Of a stretch of DNA of 64,000 bases, positions 27,907-37,285 are shown piece after piece (position 1 is the first letter of the stretch; the number at the start of each line of letters is the position of its first letter). The notes below the pieces were generated by a model, which saw nothing but the letters and a program-made list of their open reading frames with translations, searched no databases and was not told the DNA's origin. The position numbers were made by a program, and so were the translations under genes. The stretch is from Acidimicrobiales bacterium. GTDB lineage: Bacteria > Actinomycetota > Acidimicrobiia > Acidimicrobiales > Bog-793. The DNA lies in NCBI GenBank assembly GCA_050015175.1, contig JBEKBX010000003.1, positions 4,104 through 68,103 of the forward strand. Direction: 5' to 3'.

Positions 27907-29634
27907 TCAGCCGACGAGAGCGACCACCGCGTCCGCCGACAGTGGGCGAGCGAAGAGGAATCCCTGACCCTGATCGCAGTCCAACCCCGTAAGGGTGCGG
28001 AGTTGATGGGTCGTCTCGATGCCCTCGCCGACAACGGTTATGCCGAGCGCGTGGGACATCGCGGTTACGGCCGCGACAATTTCGCGGTCGCGTGCACTGC
28101 GGCCGATCTGTGCCACGAAGCTCCGGTCGATCTTCAAAATGTCGACCTTCATCCGCTGCAGGTGCGCGAGTGATGAATAGCCGGTTCCAAAGTCGTCGAG
28201 GGCGAGGCGCACGCCGAGCTGTGAGAGCGCTGACAGCGTCTGTTGAACGTCGCCCCACTCGCCGACGAACGCCGTCTCGGTCATCTCGAGGCAGAGCCGG
28301 GGAGCGTCGATGCCGCGGTGGTGGAGCAACTCGGCCACACGCCCGGCGAAGGAAGGGTCGGACAGCTCGGCTCCAGACACGTTAACGGCCATTGTGAACT
28401 TGGCGGGCCAGCCATCGCTGCAGGTCCACTCGGCGAGCTGGCGACACGCCTCGTTCAAGACGAACGAGTCGATCCTGCCGATGAGCCCGTGCTGCTCGGC
28501 GAAGGGGATGAAGCTGTCGGGCGTGACAACGCCGCGCTCTGCATGCTGCCAGCGAACCAGCGCTTCGACGCCGATCAAGGACTGGTCGTCCAGCGAGAAG
28601 AGGGGTTGGTAGAGGAGGAACAGCTCGGCTTCCTCGACGGCGCGGCTCAGTTCGGCCTGGAGACGGCTGGCCAGGGTACCGATGCGCTCGCAGGCATCGA
28701 AGACCCGGTAGCGGTCACGACCCGTTTCCTTGGCCTCGTACATCATCGCGTCAGCGTCGCGGATCAAGTGCCGGGGATTGGTGAGGGGATCGCGAGTGAC
28801 CACGATCCCGACGCTGCAGGTGAGGGAGAGGTCTCGCCCGTCGTCCACATAAGGGGCGCGGATCCCCTGCACGATGCGCTCGCCGATGAGACCGATGTCG
28901 TCGTCATCGCGCAGGTCCCCGCACAGCAGCACGAACTCGTCGCCGCCGAGGCGGGCGACGGTGTCAGCGTGGCGAGAGAGCCCCGAGAGCCTGTGGCCGA
29001 CTTCGGCGAGGACCTGGTCGCCGGCGTCGTGACCGAAGGAGTCGTTGATCGCTTTGAAGTGGTCGAGGTCCACGTACAGGACCGCAAGCCGACCGGGTTG
29101 CCGCTCAAGACCTGCCACAGCCTGGGTCAGGCGGTCCATCAGGGCGACCCTGTTCGCCAGACCGGTCACTGGGTCGTGCAAGACCTGGTAGGCCAAGGCG
29201 CTCTCCGCCCTGATCTGCGCCGTCACGTCGCGGGAGATACCGAACGTGCCGATTATCTGCCCGCGCTCGTCGCGAAGGGGCATCTTGGTTGTTGAGACCC
29301 AGGGACTCATTCCGTTGCGGAACGTCTCCCGCTCCAACTTCCCCACCATCGGCTCGCCGGTACGGATGATCCGCTGCTCGTCCTCGAAGGCAGCAGAAGC
29401 ATGTTCCTTGCTGAAGAAGTCGAAGTCGGTCTTGCCGATTATCTCGTCCGCGGTGCGGTCCGGGGTTATCGCGGCGATCCAACCGGCACTCACGAGGAGG
29501 AAGCGGCTGCGCACGTCCTTGAAGTACACGCGCTCTTCGGTCGTGGCGAGAAGATTGCCCATGCAGGTGAGCTTGAGCTCTCGTAGCGTTTCGCTCTCCT
29601 GGGACCACTGTTGCTGCAACTTCGCCTCAGTCAT
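27907..29634 (-). CDS. PAS-GGDEF-EAL protein (paralogue 1)
   Basis: RHAD I-site plus RLGGDEFVLL, and an EAL domain EALVRW...DDFGTGYSSL...EGIET..Q. AGGAG lies 6 nt upstream of the ATG. Confidence 0.85.
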   Translation of the reverse strand: MTEAKLQQQWSQESETLRELKLTCMGNLLATTEERVYFKDVRSRFLLVSAGWIAAITPDRTADEIIGKTDFDFFSKEHASAAFEDEQRIIRTGEPMVGKLERETFRNGMSPWVSTTKMPLRDERGQIIGTFGISRDVTAQIRAESALAYQVLHDPVTGLANRVALMDRLTQAVAGLERQPGRLAVLYVDLDHFKAINDSFGHDAGDQVLAEVGHRLSGLSRHADTVARLGGDEFVLLCGDLRDDDDIGLIGERIVQGIRAPYVDDGRDLSLTCSVGIVVTRDPLTNPRHLIRDADAMMYEAKETGRDRYRVFDACERIGTLASRLQAELSRAVEEAELFLLYQPLFSLDDQSLIGVEALVRWQHAERGVVTPDSFIPFAEQHGLIGRIDSFVLNEACRQLAEWTCSDGWPAKFTMAVNVSGAELSDPSFAGRVAELLHHRGIDAPRLCLEMTETAFVGEWGDVQQTLSALSQLGVRLALDDFGTGYSSLAHLQRMKVDILKIDRSFVAQIGRSARDREIVAAVTAMSHALGITVVGEGIETTHQLRTLTGLDCDQGQGFLFARPLSADAVVALVG

Positions 29635-29906
29635 CTCGACTCCTGCGGGGGGATCGATGAGTACTATCGGCCGATTCCTGTCGAATGTTTAGCGTCCAGC
29701 CTGGGGCAAGATCGTCGTTTCAGTGAAACTGCCAAGTTCTGCAAGCGCTGTGACAGCCCCCGAACCTCAGTGCCGCGTTGACGTCGGTCGTGCCGGAAGG
29801 CGACATTGCCTTGGGCCCAGGGCGTCATGCGCGGCACCAGGCCGGGAAGGCGTGAGAGCGCCTGAGTGGCGGTGATTTCGTCGGTCGGGGCTGTCCCCGA
29901 GCGTCC

Positions 29907-31634
29907 TCAGCCGACCAGCGCGACCACTGCCTCCGGCGACAGTGGGCGGGCGAAGAGGAAGCCCTGGCCCTGGTCGCAGTCCAAACCGGCGAGAGCATCG
30001 AGCTGGTCGTTTGTCTCTATGCCCTCGCCCACCACCGTCGTGCCGAGAGCGTGCGACATCGCCATCACAGCTGCGACGATTTCGCGGTCGCGGGGGCTCC
30101 TGCTGATCTGTGCCACAAAGCTCCGGTCGATCTTCAGCACGTCGACCTTCACGTGCTGCAGGTGGGAGAGCGTCGAGTAGCCGGTCCCGAAGTCGTCGAG
30201 GGCGAGGCGGACACCGAGTCTTGGTAGTGCTGCCAACGTCTCTTGGACGTCGCCGTATTCGCCGATGAGCGCGGTCTCTGTTATCTCCAAGCACAGGAGG
30301 GTGGGGTTGATGCCATGGCTGTTGATCACTTGGGCGACGTGCTCGGCGAATCCGGGATCCGACAGGTCGGCGCCGGAAACGTTGACCGCCATGGTGAACT
30401 TGCTGGGCCAGCCCTCACGGGACGTCCATTCCGCGATCTGGCGACAGGCCTCGTTCAAAACGAACGAGTCGATCCTGCCGATAAGCCCGTACTGCTCGGC
30501 GAAGGGGACGAAATCGTCGGGCAGCACGACCCCGCGCCGGGGATGTCGCCAGCGCACCAGTGCCTCGACGCCGATCAGGGACCTGTCCTCCAAGGAAAAA
30601 AGCGGCTGGTAGAGAAGGAAGAGCTCTGTTTCCTCGATCGCGCGGCTCAGTTCTGCCTGGAGGATGTTCGCCTGGGCGCCCACGCGCTGGGCCGAGTCGT
30701 AGACGCGGTAGCGGTTCCGGCCTGACTCTTTCACCTCGTACATCGCCTCGTCCGCGTCGCGGATCAACTGCTCGGGCTCGGCACGGGGATTGCTGGTGAT
30801 CGCGATCCCGACGCTGCACGTGATGGTGAGGTCGCACCCGTCCTCGATGTAGGGGGCGCGAACCTCCCGAACGATCCGGTCCCCGATGAGGCCGACGTCA
30901 TCTTCATCGCGCAGTGTCCCGCATAGCACGACGAACTCGTCTCCGCCGAGGCGGGCGACGGTGTCGGAATGCCGTGAGAACTGCGAGAGTCGCCGTCCGA
31001 TCTCGACGAGTACCTGGTCACCGGCATCGTGGCCGAAAGTGTCGTTTATCTCCTTGAAGTGGTCCAAGTCGACATATAGGACCGCAAGCCGACCTGGCTG
31101 GCGTTCGAGCGCGACGAGTGCCTGGGAAAGCCTGTCCATCAAGGCGACCCGGTTCGCCAGACCAGTCACCGGGTCATGGAGGACCTGGTAGGCCAGAGCG
31201 TTCTCGGCGTTGACCTGCGCCGTCACGTCGCGCGAGATCCCGAAGGTGCCGATTATCTCGCCCTGCTCGTCGCGAAGAGGGCCCTTTGTGGACGCGACCC
31301 AGGGACCGGTCCGGTCGCTGAACGTCTCCTGCTCCAACTTTCCGACCATCGCCTCGCCTGTGCGGATGATCCTCTGCTCGTCAGCGAGGGCGACAGCGGC
31401 GTGTTCCTCGGTGAAGAAGTCGAAGTCCGTTTTCCCGATGACCTCCTCCAAGGTGCGGCCAGGGGCTGCCGTGGCCAGCCAACCGGCGCTGACCAGGAGA
31501 AACCGGCTCTGCAGGTCCTTGAAGTAGATGCGCTCGACGGTGCTGTTCAGAAGGTTGCGCATGCAGATGCGCTCGATCTCGAGCAGCGGCTCGCTCGTGA
31601 GCGAGGTTTGTGGATCCAGCTTGCCCTTATCCAT
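29907..31634 (-). CDS. PAS-GGDEF-EAL protein (paralogue 2, tandem duplicate)
   Basis: Collinear with paralogue 1 over the full length, with the same motifs. Track ORF trimmed to ATG 31634, which gives the same N-terminal length as paralogue 1 and an AGGAG 6 nt upstream. Confidence 0.85.
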   Translation of the reverse strand: MDKGKLDPQTSLTSEPLLEIERICMRNLLNSTVERIYFKDLQSRFLLVSAGWLATAAPGRTLEEVIGKTDFDFFTEEHAAVALADEQRIIRTGEAMVGKLEQETFSDRTGPWVASTKGPLRDEQGEIIGTFGISRDVTAQVNAENALAYQVLHDPVTGLANRVALMDRLSQALVALERQPGRLAVLYVDLDHFKEINDTFGHDAGDQVLVEIGRRLSQFSRHSDTVARLGGDEFVVLCGTLRDEDDVGLIGDRIVREVRAPYIEDGCDLTITCSVGIAITSNPRAEPEQLIRDADEAMYEVKESGRNRYRVYDSAQRVGAQANILQAELSRAIEETELFLLYQPLFSLEDRSLIGVEALVRWRHPRRGVVLPDDFVPFAEQYGLIGRIDSFVLNEACRQIAEWTSREGWPSKFTMAVNVSGADLSDPGFAEHVAQVINSHGINPTLLCLEITETALIGEYGDVQETLAALPRLGVRLALDDFGTGYSTLSHLQHVKVDVLKIDRSFVAQISRSPRDREIVAAVMAMSHALGTTVVGEGIETNDQLDALAGLDCDQGQGFLFARPLSPEAVVALVG

Positions 31635-31763
31635 CGCAACTCCTGCTCCGCAACCGAACAGTACTATCGACCGATTCGCCAATAGCGATTAGTCGGAGTC
31701 GACGGGCTCGCCCGTGGACGCGGGGGAGTCCGACATGTTTGTTCGTGGTTTGCACGCCCCCCG

Positions 31764-32327
31764 GTGCTTTTGGTCGCGGTCCTGTTCGGAATCGTCTTCG
31801 GATCGGGCGACCAGTACCCGGGCAGCCTCGCGAGCCCAGGAGGATGGACCGAGTCGTTGAGCCTGTTGTCTGCTCCATGGCTCGTCCTGCCGCTCGCCTT
31901 CGGTTGCAGCCAACTGCGGGTCAGGCGCGCGGCGACAGCCGGTCCCGTCGTCACCATGACGGCGCTGTTCAGTTACTTCCTCATGATCATGGGTCCTTTC
32001 GAGGGAAGGCGGTGGGACCTGACCCTTCACGAGATCCGCGCTGTGTTCTTCTCGAACACGACGAACTTCTTCGTAGGCTTGATGACCGGACCGCTCTACG
32101 GATTGCTCGGACAGCGCTGGCGGACGCGGCGGGCGTGGATCAGCGCCTTATTGGTGGCCGGCGCCCTTTGTCTCGAGCCCTTCGCGCTCATTGTCGCCGG
32201 CAGGACTCTCGCAGGGAGATGGACCACCGTTTGGACACTCGCCGCGGGAACCGCAACGGCGGGCTACTTCGCCATCGCGGACTTGGCGTACCCACGGCGC
32301 CGTTCAGAATTGACGACTCGGAACTAG
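31764..32327 (+). CDS. membrane protein, hypothetical (DUF6518-like)
   Basis: Six hydrophobic segments. The family assignment is from memory only. Confidence 0.45.
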   Translation: MLLVAVLFGIVFGSGDQYPGSLASPGGWTESLSLLSAPWLVLPLAFGCSQLRVRRAATAGPVVTMTALFSYFLMIMGPFEGRRWDLTLHEIRAVFFSNTTNFFVGLMTGPLYGLLGQRWRTRRAWISALLVAGALCLEPFALIVAGRTLAGRWTTVWTLAAGTATAGYFAIADLAYPRRRSELTTRN

Positions 32328-32431
32328 CGAGAAGGGGCAGGCCCGTCTCGGCCTCCCGGTGCGACCGCGTGTGCGCTGAGCTTGTCGGCCCGGCAGAGCC
32401 TTGCCTCATGCGCTGTCACGTCTTGCATGAC

Positions 32432-32517
32432 CTTCGCTCTCATCGCCGACCCGGACGTCGCCGCTGCAAGGGCGGCCGCTCTGGCAGCTCTCGACCTACT
32501 CGACCGCTCTGATCGGG
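32432..32517 (+). pseudogene. remnant of the 3' end of a ROK-family gene
   Basis: Encodes FALIADPDVAAARAAALAALDLL, parallel to the ROK C-terminus FALIADLDMAGARGAALAAFDSL (26112-26194). The nucleotide alignment continues through the stop-region tgatcggg with a small indel. No upstream ROK body is present. Confidence 0.6.
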
Positions 32518-32682
32518 GAGGATTCTCCAGGGCTTTGCGATACCCAGAGCACCCCGTCAGGGGTCACACACAAGGCTCATGCACCAGGTCACTGCTTAGT
32601 GGTTCATCGGGCAGGTGCGCGCAGGATAGTATTTTGTGTCCGCGGGCGGCGAGCACCGGGCATTGCGCTTAGGAGGAAGATC

Positions 32683-34131
32683 ATGTCTTCTCACGGTTGG
32701 GCTGCACGGAAGGTTCTGGCACTTGTAGTGACGCCAGTGACGATGCTGACCGTCATTACAGGTCTCGCTCCTAGTGCGAGGGCGGCTTCACCCGTAATCT
32801 CACTTCCACTAGTCACGTCTTTCACGGTGTCACCCAATTCCCTGTCCAGCAAGGGCGGGACTTTGACTTTGAAGGCGGAGCTCAAGTACGCCAAGGTTTG
32901 CACGCTTTCGGTAGCACCGGCCGTCAAGGGACTGCCCGAGAAGAACTTCTCGTGTGTCGCCGGCTCGTTCTCGAGGTCGTTCCCAGTCGCCCGGGACACG
33001 GGCGCGATACCTGAGACTTACACCTTCAGTCTTAGCGTGAGTAACAGGGAGGGCACGACAAGAGCCACGAATGCCGTTGCCACAGTAGGGGCCGCCCCTC
33101 CGCCAATTTCCTTCGGCGTCAGGAGCGAGAACCTAGGAACAGTGGGGGTATCGATTCACAGCACGAACTACGAAGTCCGGGTCACCAACAACAGCAAGCT
33201 GCCTCAGACCCTCGGTGGCTTCAACATCGTCGGAGTAAACGCCTCCGATTTCGGCGTCCCCAGCAACGACTGCGCGGGCATCGTGTTGTCGCCGAGCGGA
33301 GGCGAGTGCTCGTTCGCCGTCGACTTCGTCCCGACCAGTACCGGGACGCGCTCGGCCACCCTGGAGCTGACTGACCAGAGCTGGGGGCCCTCGGGTTCGC
33401 CCGCGATGCTGCCGCTGTCGGGGATTGGCGTCTTTTCGGAGATCGCGATCAGTGCTTCGCCAACGTTCTACACACACGGCAATGTCAACTTCGCCGTTCA
33501 AGGTGTCGACACGACGACAACCCCGTTGTACATCACCATCCAAGACGCCTCGTCAACTGTTCCGCTGTACGTCAGTTCGATCGGTGTCAGTGGCCAGAAC
33601 TACTCCGATTTCGGTGTCAGCGCCGGGAACTGCGGGGGCACTGTGATCGACCCTGGAGCGCAATGCCAGTTCACGGTGACTTTCACACCGACGGCGTCAG
33701 GGTTGCGCAAGGACCAGATCGACGTCTACGGGAACATGTCGGGCGGTGTCTGGACAATTCCCGAGAGTGGGATGGGACAGTACGCGACGCTCACCTTGGA
33801 CAACCCGCCTGGTACGCCGATCTCTGCGATCCCCTTCGGGACCACGACTGCCAACGAGAATTCCACCATCACGGTGACCAACACCAGCAAGCAGGTGTTC
33901 CTGGTTTTCGGAGGATCGTCAGGAGTGGCGGGACCGAACGCACCCGACTTCAGTTGGTCGCCCGGTAGTTGCGCCGCTGGCGGCGACGAGCTTGGCCCCC
34001 TGCAGAGCTGCTCTTTCACGGTGACTTTCCAACCGCAGCTTCCAAACATAGAGGACTACGGTACTTTCTCCCTCTACGACAACGCCCAATCCGGTTCCCA
34101 GACGTTCAATTTGACGGGCTACGAGTCATAG
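32683..34131 (+). CDS. secreted repeat protein, choice-of-anchor-D-like (ASPM/SPD-2/Hydin-type Ig-like) domains
   Basis: AGGAGG lies 6 nt upstream of ATG 32683, with signal peptide ...GLAPSARA. Repeated modules of the type VTNNSK.PQTLGGFNIVGVNASDFGV.SNDC.G..L.P.G.C.F.V.F.PT..G.R.A. Confidence 0.65.
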   Translation: MSSHGWAARKVLALVVTPVTMLTVITGLAPSARAASPVISLPLVTSFTVSPNSLSSKGGTLTLKAELKYAKVCTLSVAPAVKGLPEKNFSCVAGSFSRSFPVARDTGAIPETYTFSLSVSNREGTTRATNAVATVGAAPPPISFGVRSENLGTVGVSIHSTNYEVRVTNNSKLPQTLGGFNIVGVNASDFGVPSNDCAGIVLSPSGGECSFAVDFVPTSTGTRSATLELTDQSWGPSGSPAMLPLSGIGVFSEIAISASPTFYTHGNVNFAVQGVDTTTTPLYITIQDASSTVPLYVSSIGVSGQNYSDFGVSAGNCGGTVIDPGAQCQFTVTFTPTASGLRKDQIDVYGNMSGGVWTIPESGMGQYATLTLDNPPGTPISAIPFGTTTANENSTITVTNTSKQVFLVFGGSSGVAGPNAPDFSWSPGSCAAGGDELGPLQSCSFTVTFQPQLPNIEDYGTFSLYDNAQSGSQTFNLTGYES

Positions 34132-34507
34132 CGGCCCGTTGGCGGAACGGTTGGGTACCGGCCTGTCGGGGCCCATCGGAACGCTGCCCTTTGTCCAACA
34201 GATGTAGGGCCTTTGAGAGCCGGACAGCATGGTCGTGGCCGCCTTTAGGATCGGCCGAGCACGCGCAGGTGCCTTTTCGACTTCAATTTCGCCCAAACGG
34301 CACACGCAACTGGAACACGCGCGCCGAGACGAGTTAGTTGCTCGCGACTGTCACTGTGCAAGCTGCCCTGTGGCACGGCAACGGGCTGGTGAGTTTGGCG
34401 GGAAGTGATGGGCGCGGCCGTACACGGCCCAGGGTGGGGGAGTGCCACCTCGGAACGGTTTGCCTTGAGGTCTTCGTCGCTCGAGATTCAAGCAGGAGTG
34501 TCCGGGA

Positions 34508-34600
34508 ATAACGGACAAAGCCCGCGGTTCTCTCTGTCGCACTGTGGCAGCCTGCGATTGCCTTCACATGTGCATCGGCCTGGACTTGCCCCGTCTTACT
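34508..34600 (-). pseudogene. degenerate copy (A) of the small zinc-ribbon gene
   Basis: Retains taacggacaaagcccgcggttctctctgtcgca (compare copies B and C). It has an internal deletion of the YCSPAC region and in-frame stops. Confidence 0.5.
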
Positions 34601-34666
34601 TCGTTCGCATCCGAGTGTGGTTGCCGCATCAGGGAAGGCCCGCCAGTCGTACCGTGCTTAACTCCG

Positions 34667-34704
34667 GACGAGTCACGCAACGCATCGATCGTGACGAGTC
34701 ACGC
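34667..34704. promoter_or_regulatory. direct/inverted repeats upstream of copy A
   Basis: GACGAGTCACGC at 34667-34678 and 34693-34704. The palindrome CGTGAC-GA-GTCACG lies at 34690-34703. Confidence 0.4.
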
Positions 34705-34820
34705 GATGCGACACTCCGTCTGTGTCTCCCGCTTCCAATCGAGCCGGACAAGGAGGTCCAGGAGCCGACGCAGCTTGCAGGTGCGGTTACAGGGACGCAT
34801 CCGTGGACCTTGTAGCCGGT

Positions 34821-34893
34821 GTTGTCGGCAACCCACGATGAAGGCTGTTGTCAACGCGACGGAGTCAACCCTCGCTAACAGAATGTTGGCAAC
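34821..34893. promoter_or_regulatory. three GTTG-N(1-4)-CAAC palindromes upstream of the GT-C-like gene
   Basis: GTTGTCGGCAAC 34821-34832, GTTGTCAAC 34847-34855 and GTTGGCAAC 34885-34893, all 73-145 nt upstream of ATG 34966. Confidence 0.35.
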
Positions 34894-34965
34894 CTCGAGA
34901 GAACTTCTCGTCCGGTACTCGAATCGCCGAGATTCGCAAGAGGCAGCAGTTCCCGCAGGACTCCG

Positions 34966-36276
34966 ATGTATTCTCGTTCAGTGGGAACCCTGGCGGCGGT
35001 GTCGCGCGCGGTGGGTCGCCATGCGATTCCGCTCACGGGAGCGATTGTTCTCATGGGCGTGTATATGGGAGGAAGTCTTTACGTCATACCCCACATGCAC
35101 CACTGGCATGAATGGGTATATCCTTTCGACCTCTTCAATTACTTCTTCCTCGCCCGCTACATCAGTATCGGCAATTATCAGCAGCTCTATGGCCAGTTCC
35201 TTGGCCAAACGGCCCTGACGACAACGCCGGGGGCCGTCGTCGCGCTGGTACCGGTGTGGGTGGTGAGCCATGCCGCCGGGATCTGGGTCAACTTGTCGGC
35301 GCGACCTCAGCGTTACCCGACCGTGTGGCTCATACTCGGCCCGTATCAAGTGCTCCTTAGCGCACCAGTACTGTTCGTTGCCGACGCCGTTGCGGTGCAC
35401 ATTGGTGCTTCGCGTGCTCGGCGGCTGCTGATCTGCGCGGGCGAGGTGTACGTGCTCTGCAACGTGCTCACGTGGGGCCACCCGGAGGACGCAGTCGCGG
35501 TGGCATTTCTTCTTTATTCCTGCCTTGCAGCATCGGACAGGCAATGGCCGAAGTCAGCTTGGTTGTTTGGTGCCGCCGTCGCGTTCCAGCCCTTCGTCCT
35601 ACTCGCGCTGGCTCCGGTGTTCTTCCCCGCAGGCTTGAGGAGGATTCCTGGTTTGCTGGCTCGAGCAGCGGCACCAGCGGCAGCACTGCTCGTCTTGCCG
35701 CTTGCGATGAACTGGTCGGTCACGGAGCAGTCCCTGGTGCTTCAACCAGCGTTTCGCTTGGGTGGTCGTGTGACTCCGTGGATACACCTAGCGCCATCCC
35801 TGGCCCGATTCGGGCCCACGACGGAGTACCTTGTGGCGGGCGGACCGGTCCGGCTACTGGGGATCGCCGGTAGCCTCGTCATCGGCCTGTGGTTCTCTCG
35901 AGCCCAACGCACCGTCGGTCTGCTCATCGTAGTAGTAGCACTCACCCTGACATTCAGGTGCGTTTTCGAGAGTGTGATCGCGCCTTATTACGTTTTCCCG
36001 ACAATCACATTCGCACTCGTCAGCCTCAGCGTCGCAACCTGGCCGAGATCTGTCGCCGCAGCTCTCATCGCAGTGATCGTGAACTGGGTCAGCAGCTTCG
36101 ACCGCGACAGCACTTGGGTTTGGTGGCTAATCGTGGCCGGGCTGGCCGCGTTGGTCGCCGTGTGCTGGTCCCAAGGCATTTCGCGCGAACGTGAGCGTCA
36201 GTCCTGGGCGGACAACAACGGATGCGCACTCGCCGGCGATGCACGCGTCATCGCAACATCCCAGCAGCGCCGCTAA
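34966..36276 (+). CDS. polytopic membrane protein, GT-C-like (DUF2029/GT87-like) candidate
   Basis: 436 aa with about 11 hydrophobic segments. The family call is tentative, with no diagnostic motif verified. Confidence 0.5.
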   Translation: MYSRSVGTLAAVSRAVGRHAIPLTGAIVLMGVYMGGSLYVIPHMHHWHEWVYPFDLFNYFFLARYISIGNYQQLYGQFLGQTALTTTPGAVVALVPVWVVSHAAGIWVNLSARPQRYPTVWLILGPYQVLLSAPVLFVADAVAVHIGASRARRLLICAGEVYVLCNVLTWGHPEDAVAVAFLLYSCLAASDRQWPKSAWLFGAAVAFQPFVLLALAPVFFPAGLRRIPGLLARAAAPAAALLVLPLAMNWSVTEQSLVLQPAFRLGGRVTPWIHLAPSLARFGPTTEYLVAGGPVRLLGIAGSLVIGLWFSRAQRTVGLLIVVVALTLTFRCVFESVIAPYYVFPTITFALVSLSVATWPRSVAAALIAVIVNWVSSFDRDSTWVWWLIVAGLAALVAVCWSQGISRERERQSWADNNGCALAGDARVIATSQQRR

Positions 36277-36507
36277 CGGATACCCGAAGGTCACTTCGGC
36301 CTGCAGCTCAATACCGGTCGCATGTCCGCGCGGTCGGCCCTCCGACGATCGATACGTCTTGCGTCACGCCCGTTTCCGGCGTCAACGGTCGCGCCGTCCC
36401 AGCGCTCGTTCTTCGAGCGCCCCTTGACACGTCGCTCGGTGGCGTCGTTGCCATACAAGCCCGGCTCAGACCACCGGACCGGAATGGCACGCGGCCTCTT
36501 CTCAGTT

Positions 36508-36768
36508 TCAACTACGTCCTGAGAGACAGCAACACCGGTAGCGGGGGCTGCGCGCCAGCGGGGGATTCCCCAGATCCTCGGTCGCCTGGGCGCCATTCCG
36601 AGACTGCCTAACGGAGAAGGGCCGCGGTTCTCCCTGTCGCAGCCTGCCACGGCAGGTCGCCCGCCTGCAGGCGGGGGAGCAGTAGGTCGCGCGCACATCG
36701 ACTGCGGCAGGCCGGAGGCATTCAGGGCAGATTCGTCGGACTTGCTTCACGGCCGAAGCGCACTTCAC
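36508..36768 (-). CDS. small Cys4 zinc-ribbon protein with basic tail (copy B)
   Basis: The core QVRRICPECLRPAAVDVRATYCSPACRRATCRGRLRQGEPR is shared with copy C. GTG starts are possible at 36768 or 36750 because of a 16-nt duplication. The tail after the core is not conserved. Confidence 0.5.
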   Translation of the reverse strand: MKCASAVKQVRRICPECLRPAAVDVRATYCSPACRRATCRGRLRQGEPRPFSVRQSRNGAQATEDLGNPPLARSPRYRCCCLSGRS

Positions 36769-36821
36769 GGCCGAAGCGTAAGGTTACGTATTCCCTTACG
36801 CGTGTCACGTTTCGACACGCG
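36745..36821. promoter_or_regulatory. direct repeat and 8-bp inverted repeat upstream of copy B
   Basis: CTTCACGGCCGAAGCG at 36745-36760 and 36763-36778. The inverted repeat CGCGTGTC-acgtttc-GACACGCG lies at 36799-36821 and contains GTCACG. Confidence 0.4.
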
Positions 36822-36945
36822 ATATGAACGAACTCGTGCGTCTCCCTCAGTCCACCCGAACGTAGGGCGTCCCGTTTCCCGCCACCCGTGTGTCGGGACA
36901 GCGTCGTACAGTCGCGATTGAGATGAGCTAAAGGAGGGAGCCGAA

Positions 36946-37200
36946 GTGCGGCCGTATGGAACCTCTTCGGCAGACGGCGAAGTAGACGCCGTGCTGCGGT
37001 CCGAGCCTCCAGTCGATGGAGCGACTCTCAACGGCTGGGTCTCGCTGGCCGAATGGGCGATCCCCGGCGGTGAGCCGATGCTCGTGTTAATGGGCAGGCC
37101 CGAGGCGAGCCTGCTCCAGATGAAGGCCTACTTGCACAGTGGGATCCTGAATATGGTCTGGCGGGTTTACAGCGACGCCGCGAGATCTGCATCGAACTAA
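36946..37200 (+). CDS. hypothetical 84-aa protein
   Basis: AAGGAGGGAG lies 6-7 nt upstream of GTG 36946. GC3 is high through most of the ORF. It is divergent from zinc-ribbon copy B. I recognise no family. Confidence 0.4.
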   Translation: MRPYGTSSADGEVDAVLRSEPPVDGATLNGWVSLAEWAIPGGEPMLVLMGRPEASLLQMKAYLHSGILNMVWRVYSDAARSASN

Positions 37201-37285
37201 GGACTGTTCGAAGCGATTCGCGTTGCAATCCAAGTGTCGCTGAGCCGAGGAGGAGGCCTTCTTGCGGCGGATCGACCGCCGCCCC

